A stretch of DNA of 64,000 bases from positions 23,370-87,369 of the IMG/VR virus record IMGVR_UViG_2859725622_000004, one strand, 5' to 3'. The notes beneath the pieces are model-generated. The model was given only the letters and a program-made list of their open reading frames with translations, did no database searches and was not told where the DNA came from. The stretch's first letter is position 1, and every line of letters begins with the position of its first letter. This DNA comes from a virus. Its lineage: Duplodnaviria; Caudoviricetes. Of this stretch, positions 24,424-34,660 are shown one piece after another. Position numbers and translations under genes: made by a program.

Positions 24424-27400
24424 CCGTTAGCTCTCCTTGACGCCGTGGTGTTTCTGGTGATTGATTGGGACATTGGGCCACCTTCTTCAAGGTCAGAAAT
24501 GAACGCGGTAACGGTGAGATTGTTTCCGCTCATTGATGACTGGGCATCGAATGATTTTCTACCTGTGGATTGGTCGATAAACTGAATGGAAACGTTAGGA
24601 GCAGAACCGCTACCTTGCATATCCTTGTTGCTTATTACCTTGCCATTGTCGCCTGGGATCATGTACTGCTTGCCGGTACCCGCTTGGTAAATCTCAGGCA
24701 TACCTCCCTCACCGACTTGGTACATGCTGCCAGCGCTAACCGGTCCACCATTCTTCCGTTTACCGGATAAACTTCCACTTAACGCCATTGCTGCTACAAC
24801 AGCACCGATACCGATAGCGGCGGCCCCACCAAATGACCCTATGGAAGCAACGATAGCTGCTGGAGTCCATGCTGTGGTTGTTGCTGCTGCTGAAGATACA
24901 CTCGCTGCCGTGGTTGTCGCGGTTCCTGCTACGGCCGCTGCAGTTGTCGTGGCTGTGGCTGCAACTTGAGCTGTAGATCCAGTAATTGCAGACTTAACCC
25001 ACTCAATGCCCATCTGAACAAAACCATTAATCAGGCTATTAAGGGCATTGCTAGCAAGAGAACTCATTGCCTCCTCTGCCGTCATGCTTTGGGTAATGAT
25101 TCCAGTAAACGCATTTGACGCATTACCAGCCAGCGAATCAAATGCTGCTGCCAGAGACTCATTTCCTACGCTTTGATTACGGAATATTTCCCATTGGGCC
25201 GCTATCCTTGCCTGCTCGTACTGGGTATTCGCAGCATTCATTAACGCCAACCCATTAGCTGTTATCACGCCCTTCTGCGTTTCAAACTGTTGGATTAGTG
25301 CCAGCTTCTTGGCGTGCTCATTTGCCAACGCTTGAATAGGATCAATTTTGGCTAAATTCTCCTGCTGAGGCGTTACTACTGATTTAGCATTAGCTTCTGC
25401 TATCTTGCTAGCGTATTCGCCAGCAATCTGTAGCCTCCTCTGCTTGTAGGTATCCTCATCTATCAGTTTGAGGTCTAACTGGCGTTTGGCCTGCGCTAAG
25501 TCCTCATCGCGAATTCTAGTAAGGTTAGTGTTGGTTTCTTGTGCAAGAGCGGCACTCCTGTCCTTCTTCTGCCGCTCTATTTCAAAGATTTGTCCTGCTT
25601 GTTTTCTTGCTGCCTCAACTTGTTTCGGTGATGCGCTAGCACCCAACTCTTGCACTGCTGCTAACTGAGCCGCTTCCTTTCTTAACCCCTTAGCCTGCAA
25701 TTCAGCAACTGCCATTTCATTGCTTAAATCCTGCAATGATTTAACACGGCGCTTCTCTGCTGCTTCGGCGGCGGTTTCTTCCTTAGCTGCTGCGGCAGTT
25801 TCTTTCTTGGTATTCTTTTTTGCTTCGCCTAAATTGTATTCTTCAACCGCTAAATCTTGTGTTCTTTTAATGGCCCTGTCGTCAGTGACTCCAGCGTCTT
25901 CAGCAGCGTATTGAGCCTGAAGCTTTGCCCTTTCAGTGCCCTCTGCTTTCGCTAATGCAACGCGACGCTCCGCCGCCTTAATTAGCTTTTGCGAGTCATC
26001 ACTAAGAGGCTTCGTTAGTGATACGGCTTTGTTATATCCAGTTACTGCATCTGTTGAGACGCCAAAAGCGCTGGCAACTTTATTTTGTATTCCAGCAAGA
26101 ACGCCACCTTTTTCTATTGCCACGTCAGTCGCAGTAGCATTGTTCCGCATCGTTGTGACGTACTGCTCGGTAATGATCGATAGGTTTGATTGAGTTGAGG
26201 TCAATTTATTTTGTGCGCTCTCATACTCTGCCGACTTTTTGGCGACCTCATCCGTAAGTTCTCTGGCCTTGGCCTGTGCATTGCTATATGCCCAAGATCC
26301 TGCTGTGGAGTTCTCCATGGCTGAATTAGCGTTATATAGCTGGTTTTTTAACTCGGCCAGTTCCAATGAAAGCTTGGAGGCATTCTCTGTTTGGGCGGTT
26401 AATGATTGGTTAGTTTCAGCAATAGTGGCGCGTAATTGTACGGCGCTCATTTCTTTCATTTTGCCAATAACACCATCCAGGGAATCAGCGAACTTAATTG
26501 ATTCTTCTCTGGCTTGAACTGACGACTGATAGAAATAAAATATTGCAGCGGCTGCCAAGGTAGCTAATCCTACCGGCCCACCTACCAGAGCCAGCGCTCC
26601 ACTGGCAACCTTTGCGGCAACTGCTAGAGCGCCTTGCGCGGATGCTGCTGCATAGGCGGTAGCCGCCAACCTGACTTGTGATGATGTCGCCAGAACTAGT
26701 GCAGATACATATCTGGAACCCACTACAGCAGCAACAACACCGATAATATTGGCAATTGTCCCAAGGTTCTCGCTGAGAGCGATCACACCCTGGTTGAAAA
26801 TATTTAGAGCAGTATTAACCGATGATGACTCACCGATAAACTTGGTGATGTTATTAGAGGCAACTGTAAATGCCTGACCCATAGTGAGAACGGTATTTCC
26901 GAACTCTTTGGCAATCGCATCGCTTTGTTTCAGCAACCCATTAACAACAACATCGGTTGTTAACTTACCTTCAGCCGCCATCGCTCGGAGCTGGCCAACT
27001 GTAACACCGAGAGAATCAGCCAGAGCCACAGCCAACCGGCTGCCGTTCTCTGAAATGGAATTGAACTCTTCCCCACGTAGTACGCCAGAGGCTAATGCTT
27101 GCGAGAGCTGGATCATGGTCGAGCTAGCTTCTTCTGCTGTTGCGCCAGAAACTACCAGCCCTTTGTTAATCGTGGTTGTTAATTTGGCTAGGTCTGCCGT
27201 ACTGGTTCCCGCACTTCTCGTGGCCCTTTCCAGTCGCCCGTATAGTGTGGCGGTTGCCTCAAGACCGGCGCGTGTATCCTGAGAAATATCAAATACACGA
27301 TTGGTTACGGTGAATAAATCTTCATTAGCCCTTACTGCGTTTACCAGCTTGTTGCTGACAGTAACCCACGCATTACCATATGCAGCTATTTGCTGAACAG

Positions 27401-27602
27401 AAATAGCCGCTGATAGTGCGGTAGCAACACGGCTTAATGAAAGAAATGATTTCTCCGCCCGGTCTACAGATTTTGCTGTTGAATTGAACTTCCCCTCCAT
27501 CTGATCAAGGCGGTTATTCACTTGCTGCTGGGAAGTGATCAGCTTGCCGACTTCCATCTCAACCTGATAAACGATATTGCCGACCTGATTGTCGCTAGCC
27601 AT
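24420..27602 (-). CDS. Tape measure protein
   Basis: 1060 aa, Ala-rich; QLSQALASGVLRGEEFNSI tape-measure motif; C-terminal GGPVSAGSMYQVGEGG. Confidence 0.93.
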   Translation of the reverse strand: MASDNQVGNIVYQVEMEVGKLITSQQQVNNRLDQMEGKFNSTAKSVDRAEKSFLSLSRVATALSAAISVQQIAAYGNAWVTVSNKLVNAVRANEDLFTVTNRVFDISQDTRAGLEATATLYGRLERATRSAGTSTADLAKLTTTINKGLVVSGATAEEASSTMIQLSQALASGVLRGEEFNSISENGSRLAVALADSLGVTVGQLRAMAAEGKLTTDVVVNGLLKQSDAIAKEFGNTVLTMGQAFTVASNNITKFIGESSSVNTALNIFNQGVIALSENLGTIANIIGVVAAVVGSRYVSALVLATSSQVRLAATAYAAASAQGALAVAAKVASGALALVGGPVGLATLAAAAIFYFYQSSVQAREESIKFADSLDGVIGKMKEMSAVQLRATIAETNQSLTAQTENASKLSLELAELKNQLYNANSAMENSTAGSWAYSNAQAKARELTDEVAKKSAEYESAQNKLTSTQSNLSIITEQYVTTMRNNATATDVAIEKGGVLAGIQNKVASAFGVSTDAVTGYNKAVSLTKPLSDDSQKLIKAAERRVALAKAEGTERAKLQAQYAAEDAGVTDDRAIKRTQDLAVEEYNLGEAKKNTKKETAAAAKEETAAEAAEKRRVKSLQDLSNEMAVAELQAKGLRKEAAQLAAVQELGASASPKQVEAARKQAGQIFEIERQKKDRSAALAQETNTNLTRIRDEDLAQAKRQLDLKLIDEDTYKQRRLQIAGEYASKIAEANAKSVVTPQQENLAKIDPIQALANEHAKKLALIQQFETQKGVITANGLALMNAANTQYEQARIAAQWEIFRNQSVGNESLAAAFDSLAGNASNAFTGIITQSMTAEEAMSSLASNALNSLINGFVQMGIEWVKSAITGSTAQVAATATTTAAAVAGTATTTAASVSSAAATTTAWTPAAIVASIGSFGGAAAIGIGAVVAAMALSGSLSGKRKNGGPVSAGSMYQVGEGGMPEIYQAGTGKQYMIPGDNGKVISNKDMQGSGSAPNVSIQFIDQSTGRKSFDAQSSMSGNNLTVTAFISDLEEGGPMSQSITRNTTASRRANG

Positions 27603-27713
27603 TCTATTCTCCGGGCAATAAAAAACCCGCACTAGGCGGGGTCTGGTTATAGGGTGAGATTTAGGTAATAAAAAACCCCGCATTAGCGAGGATTATTGGA
27701 TGGTTAATTAGAA

Positions 27714-28073
27714 CTATAACTTTAGGCTTCTAGATTGAAATGAAATAAATGTTTTTGAATCTGTGGTTGCCATGAATTTTCTTTCACCAGACAACTCAGC
27801 AATAAATGTAACATCTTTTTTATTACCACCAAGCAAAACTCCTGCAATTAATCCTACAGGTCCCATTAACACCCCACCAATAACACCCCATCCCATAGCA
27901 CCACCGACTTTCTTGACGCTATCCTCTGAGGCGACTTCAACAGTAATTACGTCTGTAGGAAGTACAATGTCTCCAGACACCTGGTACCATTTCGTTTTTA
28001 TAAAAAGACTTCCTGACGTAATGCTCATTTCCTCATAGGGAAAGTTGGCAGCATGAACCTTAATTTTTGCCAT
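27714..28073 (-). CDS. Moron hypothetical protein with glycine-zipper segment
   Basis: GGAMGWGVIGGVLMGPVGLIAGVLLGG; own sigma70-like promoter upstream and terminators downstream. Confidence 0.7.
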   Translation of the reverse strand: MAKIKVHAANFPYEEMSITSGSLFIKTKWYQVSGDIVLPTDVITVEVASEDSVKKVGGAMGWGVIGGVLMGPVGLIAGVLLGGNKKDVTFIAELSGERKFMATTDSKTFISFQSRSLKL

Positions 28074-28151
28074 TTTTTGCGCTCTATCCATAACGGTTCG
28101 TTACATGATAGCAGGGAGATGGTGCAAGGCAACGCAAAACGGTGGGATATA

Positions 28152-28832
28152 TTATGCTGCTTTCTTGGCTTTTTCTGCGGCTATTCTTTCTTCTCGCCGC
28201 TTAAAGTAATCATCGCGAACAGTGTCGTATTCTTCCCGTGTAAATCCTTTCTGATCTGGGTATTTGGCGTTAAGCATTAACTGAAACTCAGTCATTGTTA
28301 ACAGCTCTGCCTCTGCTCGACTTATTCCAAAATGAATCCTTGCTGAGTTGATGTATTCAATAGCCCGGAACTCGTTAACGTAACTATTAGTTTCAGCTCG
28401 TTGAGGCTTTCTTATTTTTGCCTTACCCATCACGCCATGCTCAATTAGCGTGTGGGCTATCAGAATTATTTCACCGGTAGACATGCTTCCGCGATGATAT
28501 ATCACACCTTTTTTACCCACTCTCCACTCACCGATTAACGGGGTGACATCTTCATCACAACATGACTGCATCACGTGCATAGCAGTGGATAAAATCTTTC
28601 TTCCATAGGCTGGCTTGCGCAGTGTTTTAATGAGCCATTCGGGTGTTTTCCCATAGCTATCCTGCGCCATGGCTATCACTTGAGAGACCTCATAGCCGTT
28701 TAGATTGGCATAGGCCTCAACAATATCTACAGGGCTTCCAATGCGAGACATGGACGTGAAAGATGGACGAAAAAAGTAATCGGTATATCTGTCGGAGATT
28801 AATATCTCTCCTATCTCTACCATTGGGTTCAT
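28152..28832 (-). CDS. Probable tail assembly chaperone
   Basis: Between major tail and tape measure; AELLTMTEFQLML. Confidence 0.65.
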   Translation of the reverse strand: MNPMVEIGEILISDRYTDYFFRPSFTSMSRIGSPVDIVEAYANLNGYEVSQVIAMAQDSYGKTPEWLIKTLRKPAYGRKILSTAMHVMQSCCDEDVTPLIGEWRVGKKGVIYHRGSMSTGEIILIAHTLIEHGVMGKAKIRKPQRAETNSYVNEFRAIEYINSARIHFGISRAEAELLTMTEFQLMLNAKYPDQKGFTREEYDTVRDDYFKRREERIAAEKAKKAA

Positions 28833-28884
28833 AGGATTCTCCATAGTCATTATCAAGGGCGACACTCGCCGCCCTTTGGAATAA

Positions 28885-29628
28885 CTACGCGGTAACAGTA
28901 GCCGTATGGGTTGCGACGAAGTTGCCATCTTCGGTAGAAATGACGATTTGGGCGGATCCGGTAGCAACGCGGGTAACTGTCACAACATTACCGACTGCCG
29001 CCGCCGTTGCCTTGGTTGCATCAGTTGTTGCCACATCGAATGCTTTATTAGTCGCGCCAGAAGGCAGCACTGTGACAGTAAAGGTGCTAGAACCACCTGC
29101 CGCACCAGTGCTTGTAGTTGGGGTTAACGTCACGCCAGTAACCGGTACAGTGTCAATAAGCGTAACTTCTACAGTATCACCATCGGAAACCTTGAACTCA
29201 GTTGAGAAAGTTACAATATCGTTAGTGCCGCCATCAGTGCTCAGGGCGGTAGTAACCATATAACCAACAAATTCAATCGGCCCAATAACAACACGCACCC
29301 ATAAAGTAGGCTGGCGCTTTGCATTCACTTCATCGACAAAATATTTAAAGAATTTGCCAAAGCCGAATTGGTCGAGAGAGTCTTTCTTTCTGACCTCCCC
29401 CTCAAAAGAGATAGTGATATCAGCGTTGGTCACCGCACTTTCAACCCAAGCGCCCTTATCATCTGCGTCAGAGGTTACCGTGTTCGGCGATAAGTCAGCA
29501 GTCTTAGACGTGCCGGCCGCAAGCGCTTTCCAGTCCTGTTCGGTCGGTACGGTGTCAGCACACCCTAGCGCAACTTCGAGAACGACGTTTTTACCGACCA
29601 GTAAGCCGGAATCGTTACATCCTTCCAT
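28885..29628 (-). CDS. Major tail tube protein with C-terminal Ig-like domain
   Basis: Position; C-terminal VPVTGVTLTP...ATNKA Ig-like motif. Confidence 0.85.
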   Translation of the reverse strand: MEGCNDSGLLVGKNVVLEVALGCADTVPTEQDWKALAAGTSKTADLSPNTVTSDADDKGAWVESAVTNADITISFEGEVRKKDSLDQFGFGKFFKYFVDEVNAKRQPTLWVRVVIGPIEFVGYMVTTALSTDGGTNDIVTFSTEFKVSDGDTVEVTLIDTVPVTGVTLTPTTSTGAAGGSSTFTVTVLPSGATNKAFDVATTDATKATAAAVGNVVTVTRVATGSAQIVISTEDGNFVATHTATVTA

Positions 29629-29684
29629 TGTATAGCCTCTTATGGAATTGAAATAAAAAACGGCCCAGAGGCCGCCAGGGAAAA

Positions 29685-30059
29685 TCAGGATATGATTTCG
29701 AAGCGAAGCCGGATAATAGTTCGGCCCTCTTCGGTGGGGATTGGAGTTGGGAATCCGCCAGTGTTGGCAATAAAGTTGAGCGCATCGTCATCGGAGTTAT
29801 TAGTGACGAACTCCATAATTGTCTGCGCCTGGGTGATCGCCGGTGCCGGGTCATTCTTAGCGCTGATAATGTTAACCAGCACATAATCGTAAGCACCTAA
29901 GCATCGATACCGCGCTGTGCCTCCATCTGGTTGCACAACTATGTATTTCATTGCGCCAGTGTCAGTTTTCTGCTCTTCCCAGTATGCAAGCTGCACCTTA
30001 TAACCATCAGTCAACCCGGCTGACTCCAGCCAATCAGATACCTTTTCAAATATCGTCAT
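29685..30059 (-). CDS. Tail terminator-like protein
   Basis: Position directly before major tail gene. Confidence 0.6.
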   Translation of the reverse strand: MTIFEKVSDWLESAGLTDGYKVQLAYWEEQKTDTGAMKYIVVQPDGGTARYRCLGAYDYVLVNIISAKNDPAPAITQAQTIMEFVTNNSDDDALNFIANTGGFPTPIPTEEGRTIIRLRFEIIS

Positions 30060-30427
30060 AGGGACATTTCCTTTTTGACTGCGGCGTCAATTTGTTCTTT
30101 GGACTCACGAAATCCATCTTTCAAGAATTCCTTTTTTGCAGTAGAGCGACGGAAAACTTGCTTTACAGTAGGGTCATGCACATACATGGCATAATTTGCC
30201 GAGTAACCCACCCGTCCAGTTAATCGAGTGCCTTTCACAATTAATTCTCGAAATTGGCTATTGATGAGCGTTGAGGTATCAATCGGGGTATAAAGCGCAG
30301 CCAGGGAACTGCCAATTATCATTGCTGACTGGATAGCCCTAGTTGCTTTTCGCCCCTTAATCTCGCCAACCAATACAGCAAGCTGTCTTTGTGACTCACG
30401 AATGCCAGTTACCTTGACCTTTGCCAT
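30056..30427 (-). CDS. Tail completion (HK97 gp10-like) protein
   Basis: TPIDTSTLINS...GRVGYSANYAMYVH. Confidence 0.7.
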   Translation of the reverse strand: MAKVKVTGIRESQRQLAVLVGEIKGRKATRAIQSAMIIGSSLAALYTPIDTSTLINSQFRELIVKGTRLTGRVGYSANYAMYVHDPTVKQVFRRSTAKKEFLKDGFRESKEQIDAAVKKEMSL

Positions 30428-30428
30428 A

Positions 30429-30770
30429 TCAAACCCCGGTAGCCAATTCGTAATCGTCAATCAGGCGTTCGAAAGTGTCAGCATCTCTGCCAACGGCAAT
30501 AATTGAGTCAGCATCTGCGATAGGGGCTAAATCTGCATAAGCACCGATGGCTATCATGTCGCCCTCTTTCGCATCTGCATACTCAGTCCAGAAGTACAAC
30601 TTGACGGAGATTTCGTTGCCTATCACGTTAGATTTACGTTTACTTCGGCTGCCATAGTCACAATCAATAACAACCGGTGCGCCATAGGTAGGCTTGTTCC
30701 ACTTATCCGTCCCAGTAATGGGCCAAACAGTGGCTTCAGCTGTGTATGACCATGAGGCTAGTGATGACAT
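30429..30770 (-). CDS. Head-closure-like protein
   Basis: Position; DKWNKPTYGAPV. Confidence 0.6.
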   Translation of the reverse strand: MSSLASWSYTAEATVWPITGTDKWNKPTYGAPVVIDCDYGSRSKRKSNVIGNEISVKLYFWTEYADAKEGDMIAIGAYADLAPIADADSIIAVGRDADTFERLIDDYELATGV

Positions 30771-30779
30771 AGCTACCTC

Positions 30780-30998
30780 CTACGGCGCGGCTACTCGCTC
30801 AATCTCAAACCATTCAATATTGAGCGCGTTTACTTGCTGTCCATTGCCGACAGGAACAAACAGCCCAACGGTATCGCCTGATTCAAGTTTCAGGTAACGT
30901 TCAATGACAAGCGCGGCAACAACCTTTTTATTAAACACGCGAACTTCGCCATCGACTCTGTACACAACATTCACATTTAGCGCGGTTATTCTTTCCAT
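30780..30998 (-). CDS. Hypothetical protein
   Basis: 72-aa ORF with GGAGAGG-type SD. Confidence 0.5.
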   Translation of the reverse strand: MERITALNVNVVYRVDGEVRVFNKKVVAALVIERYLKLESGDTVGLFVPVGNGQQVNALNIEWFEIERVAAP

Positions 30999-31003
30999 CA
31001 CAC

Positions 31004-31174
31004 TTACCCTCTCCACTTCACGATTGTGGGCTTCTCCGCCGCAATCTTCCGGCAAAATAGAAACCACTCGCCGCCTTTCCTGATGTAAGCCGTAGTCTGT
31101 TTGCCGCTATCGGTTAGCACCCAAACGCGAATAAGTGGCTTCGGCAATCGGTCAGTGACAGATATCCAACCCAT
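31004..31174 (-). CDS. Small DUF551-like protein
   Basis: Hand-translated MGWISVTDRLPKPLIRVWVLTDSGKQTTAYI... Confidence 0.55.
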   Translation of the reverse strand: MGWISVTDRLPKPLIRVWVLTDSGKQTTAYIRKGGEWFLFCRKIAAEKPTIVKWRG

Positions 31175-31572
31175 TACTTACTCCCGCACATGCAGCCGCC
31201 CTTGCCAATCCAAACCCCAGCAAACGCTGTATTGTTTGGGTTAGGTGGCGTTATGGCAGCGGCGCAACCATGCTTATCAAGGCCTCTTAGTAATGAGAGA
31301 GAGCCATTCCACCGGTCAGCGAATGATTGATATCGAAACGAGCGCGACGCACCAGACGGGGCTGTTTGAGAGCTGATGTATTTATCGCCCTGCCCCAGCC
31401 CCATCAATCCGAGCAGGTAGAGCTGAATAAGTAGCGCTGTTGATGCTGGGTAATGTTCATCCAGGCATTCCTGAATGCTATTAACCTGCTCAATAAGCGC
31501 CTGTAAAATGAAGTCTGGAAGAGTGATACCAACCGTCTCCAGATACTGTTTGGCCTGCTCGAGGGTCACCAT
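31174..31572 (-). CDS. Head-tail adaptor-like protein
   Basis: Position after capsid; YISSQTAPSGASRSF. Confidence 0.7.
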   Translation of the reverse strand: MVTLEQAKQYLETVGITLPDFILQALIEQVNSIQECLDEHYPASTALLIQLYLLGLMGLGQGDKYISSQTAPSGASRSFRYQSFADRWNGSLSLLRGLDKHGCAAAITPPNPNNTAFAGVWIGKGGCMCGSK

Positions 31573-31635
31573 GACTCACTCCAGAATAAAAACCCTCCGA
31601 AGAGGGCATTAAAAAAGCCGCTCAAATATGGCGGC

Positions 31636-31821
31636 TTATTCGTCTTCTTTTTTCTGCTTGCCTGGTTTGGGTGATTTGGCCCCTGGCGTTGCTGGTGATA
31701 ACTCACCTTCACCGCCGACCTTTCTAACGTGACTCTGCAATGCAGGGTGCAAGCTATCCAAATCAATTACATCACCAACAACGACCCCATTCCACGCTCT
31801 AACTACTTCGTACTTTGGCAT
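31636..31821 (-). CDS. Small capsid-associated hypothetical protein
   Basis: MPKYEVVRAWNGV... follows capsid stop. Confidence 0.55.
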   Translation of the reverse strand: MPKYEVVRAWNGVVVGDVIDLDSLHPALQSHVRKVGGEGELSPATPGAKSPKPGKQKKEDE

Positions 31822-31831
31822 GAGCCACCTC

Positions 31832-32929
31832 TTAAGCCAGATTAGCGCCGTAAAGCACGCCTGACTTGCCCTCACTATCTCGCTTAATCTGCAAGCCCAT
31901 CGCTGCCATGATCTGGAAGTTCCAGTTTGACTGCGGCATAGGACGCGGCAGAGGAACAACGCCAGTAGCCATACCAACCAGCGGCGAAATGACATCCTGA
32001 CGGCGCTGGTAAGCAATAAACTCATTGCCTGACAATGCGAAGGTTTGACGAACTGCACGCGCCGGAATGAAACCAGTGATAACGCTTAGAACAGTACCAC
32101 CTGACAGCAGAGTGTTGCCGCCGATGGTTACCGTTGCAGGCTTCATCAAGTTGGCCCAAATCTGCGGAGATACCCACAGGACGTCGTAGGCTTCAACGAA
32201 GTTATTGCGCGCGGTTTGACCGAATGCTCCAGACGTGAAGAACGCAGCAATATCAGCTTGTGCAGCAGTGGTCAGGTCAATGTTTGCACCGCCAGCTCCT
32301 GCGCCAAGGTTCAGCTTAATGGTGTTGCGGTGGTTGCGCATACCCTGCGCCGGATAGTTCTGCACCTGAATAGTGCTATCACCGTCCAGAACATAGGAGA
32401 CGATACGTTTATTAAACTTGCGCAGTTTTGCCGCTTGAGAATCGAGGACCAAATCGATACCAACGGTATTTAGCCCAGCAGCCAAACGCCAGTTAACACC
32501 GTAACCAGCAGTGAACACCGGGATCGGGTCACCATCACTGGAATATTCAGTGTGATCGAATGAATATGGCGGCTGCCCATCCAGGCTGATAGATACATCA
32601 TCAGCGATATCACCAACCATGTTGTACAGTTTCGCGGTTTTCCCAATAGGGAGAACGGTCTGGATCCCCATCAGATCAGTGACAATTTCCATACCGGTTT
32701 CTTGGTCGCGCAACTGAATAATTTGACGGTCAATTTCAGCCCAGAAATCACGGCCCAAACCATCACCAAGCAGTGCGTTTGCAGCCAGCATTTCTGGCGT
32801 CATTAAGCTCTGGTTAGCGGCAACCATGCCACGGTGTTGCGCATCGAACATATTGCGGTTAGCCCACAATTCATTCCAGTGACCGCGCAGTCGGCTATTC
32901 GTAGCCAGCGTATTAGCATCAAAATACAT
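31832..32929 (-). CDS. Major capsid protein
   Basis: 365 aa at canonical position after protease/decoration genes. Confidence 0.85.
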   Translation of the reverse strand: MYFDANTLATNSRLRGHWNELWANRNMFDAQHRGMVAANQSLMTPEMLAANALLGDGLGRDFWAEIDRQIIQLRDQETGMEIVTDLMGIQTVLPIGKTAKLYNMVGDIADDVSISLDGQPPYSFDHTEYSSDGDPIPVFTAGYGVNWRLAAGLNTVGIDLVLDSQAAKLRKFNKRIVSYVLDGDSTIQVQNYPAQGMRNHRNTIKLNLGAGAGGANIDLTTAAQADIAAFFTSGAFGQTARNNFVEAYDVLWVSPQIWANLMKPATVTIGGNTLLSGGTVLSVITGFIPARAVRQTFALSGNEFIAYQRRQDVISPLVGMATGVVPLPRPMPQSNWNFQIMAAMGLQIKRDSEGKSGVLYGANLA

Positions 32930-32939
32930 CTGATTCTCC

Positions 32940-33380
32940 TTAGGATACAGTTACGCTGTCAGCGCGAACGCGGATGCGGATAAAATCAACTGCCGCAGTA
33001 ACTACGGCATCTTGGCAATAGCCAATAATTTTGTATGTGCCAGCAGCGGCGGGGACAGCAGCAGCCAATCCTGCAACAACGGTGATCGGCTGGTCTTTGG
33101 TGTAAGTTCCTGCCGCAACACGCACAGCAAACTCGCGCCCCTCTTCCAGGTAGTTACCAATTGCGGAGTGGCCGGAAGGGATCTGATCAGTGATGCCCAG
33201 ACCTTCATGGTATGCATTATCCAGCACGTACATGCGGCCAACAGGAGTAGTAGCCTGTGCAAACAGTTTGCTACCGTTGATCACAACAAAAGTGCCGGGA
33301 TAAAATGCGGCGGCGGTTTTACGGGTTTCCGTTTTGAACAGGGAATCACCGTCAATATTAACGCGACGATAACGAGTCAT
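32940..33380 (-). CDS. Capsid decoration-like protein
   Basis: 146 aa between scaffold and capsid. Confidence 0.6.
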   Translation of the reverse strand: MTRYRRVNIDGDSLFKTETRKTAAAFYPGTFVVINGSKLFAQATTPVGRMYVLDNAYHEGLGITDQIPSGHSAIGNYLEEGREFAVRVAAGTYTKDQPITVVAGLAAAVPAAAGTYKIIGYCQDAVVTAAVDFIRIRVRADSVTVS

Positions 33381-34657
33381 TATTTAGCACCTCCGAAATG
33401 GGTTGCTGGATCTGGCGCTCCGGTTTCCACCTGAGTTTGTGCTGAGTTGGTACCCAGCGGGGCCGCTTTGCCGAGCGACTTAAACATTGCATCCAGAGCT
33501 TCGCCAGACAGCGCGTTAGCCACAATTTCACCGTGAACTTTTGCTACTTCAGCACGCTTTGTTACTTCTTCTGCGCGTGAGTTAGCGGTCAGTGTGTCTG
33601 ATAGCGCTTTGTGGTTAGCTTGTAGCGCATCAACCTTGTCAGAAAGTGGCTTCAATGCCTTTTCTGTATTGGTAGCCACAGCCTCACCAATCATGCTGCC
33701 GATTTGTTCCATTTCTTCTTTGGTTAAAGGCATGTCGCCCTCCGTATTATTGCTATTGTTTGCAGGTGAATCCTGCGGAGTAAAAAGGGATTTAACTTTG
33801 TTTGCGATTATGGAAACCCATGACTCTTGACGGGTTACCGCTGTTCCTGTGTCGGAAAAAGTAATTTTCCCACCTTCAGATTTGTAGCCGTAGACTTGTG
33901 CGTCGCCGCCGTTCTTGATGATGACTGCCTGAGAATCTGTGAAGTCAGCAATCCATGCGTAGTCGTTATCTCCAGGTGCAAACCGGTCCTTTGCGGCTTT
34001 CTCTAACCGGCGCTCACGTTCACGAAACGACTCGCCAATCAGCGCACCAGAATTAGCCTGTAATGGCGTTGCCAGGTCAGCGTTAACCATGAGGCCAACA
34101 CCTTGCTCTGGAGTTGCGGCCCCGATCTCATGAAGCAGGATTGCGTCGTGATCCATGCGAACAATATCCGCCACCCAGTTAGCCCCCAGCGCACGCTGCT
34201 GCTCATTCGGCTCAAGTTCATTAAGGAACGCGGCAACGCTGCTGTGAATTGGCGGGACATCCTCACCTCGTTCGATAGCTTCTACCCGCGCCAGTAATTC
34301 GCGACCACCTTCAGATCGGCTGGCGACCTCAACATCAACCCATTTCTCTACATAGATGCGGTTGCCTGATTTCTTAACGTTGCGGTTCCATGCACCAATG
34401 TGACCCTGGTTAATACCTTCAGCACTGAATGCTGAGACGAAAGCACCATTAACCTCTGGATGCCCGAGCGGCGCTAATGTCCCCTCAAGCCCAGAATAAT
34501 GAGCGTCAATCTGTTCTGATGTGTACAGACCGCCATTCATGACCACATTTGCTGGAAGTGTGTAACTCGGCAAAACCCAGTGCTCTTTGCCGTTGTATTT
34601 CTCACGACGAATTGATTTGTTATTCACCCTTGTGGTGATGTTTACCTGAATTGACAT
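33380..34657 (-). CDS. Capsid maturation protease/scaffold
   Basis: PLGHP, DHDAILLHEIGAATPEQGVG; coiled C-terminus. Confidence 0.75.
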   Translation of the reverse strand: MSIQVNITTRVNNKSIRREKYNGKEHWVLPSYTLPANVVMNGGLYTSEQIDAHYSGLEGTLAPLGHPEVNGAFVSAFSAEGINQGHIGAWNRNVKKSGNRIYVEKWVDVEVASRSEGGRELLARVEAIERGEDVPPIHSSVAAFLNELEPNEQQRALGANWVADIVRMDHDAILLHEIGAATPEQGVGLMVNADLATPLQANSGALIGESFRERERRLEKAAKDRFAPGDNDYAWIADFTDSQAVIIKNGGDAQVYGYKSEGGKITFSDTGTAVTRQESWVSIIANKVKSLFTPQDSPANNSNNTEGDMPLTKEEMEQIGSMIGEAVATNTEKALKPLSDKVDALQANHKALSDTLTANSRAEEVTKRAEVAKVHGEIVANALSGEALDAMFKSLGKAAPLGTNSAQTQVETGAPDPATHFGGAK

Positions 34658-34660
34658 GAT

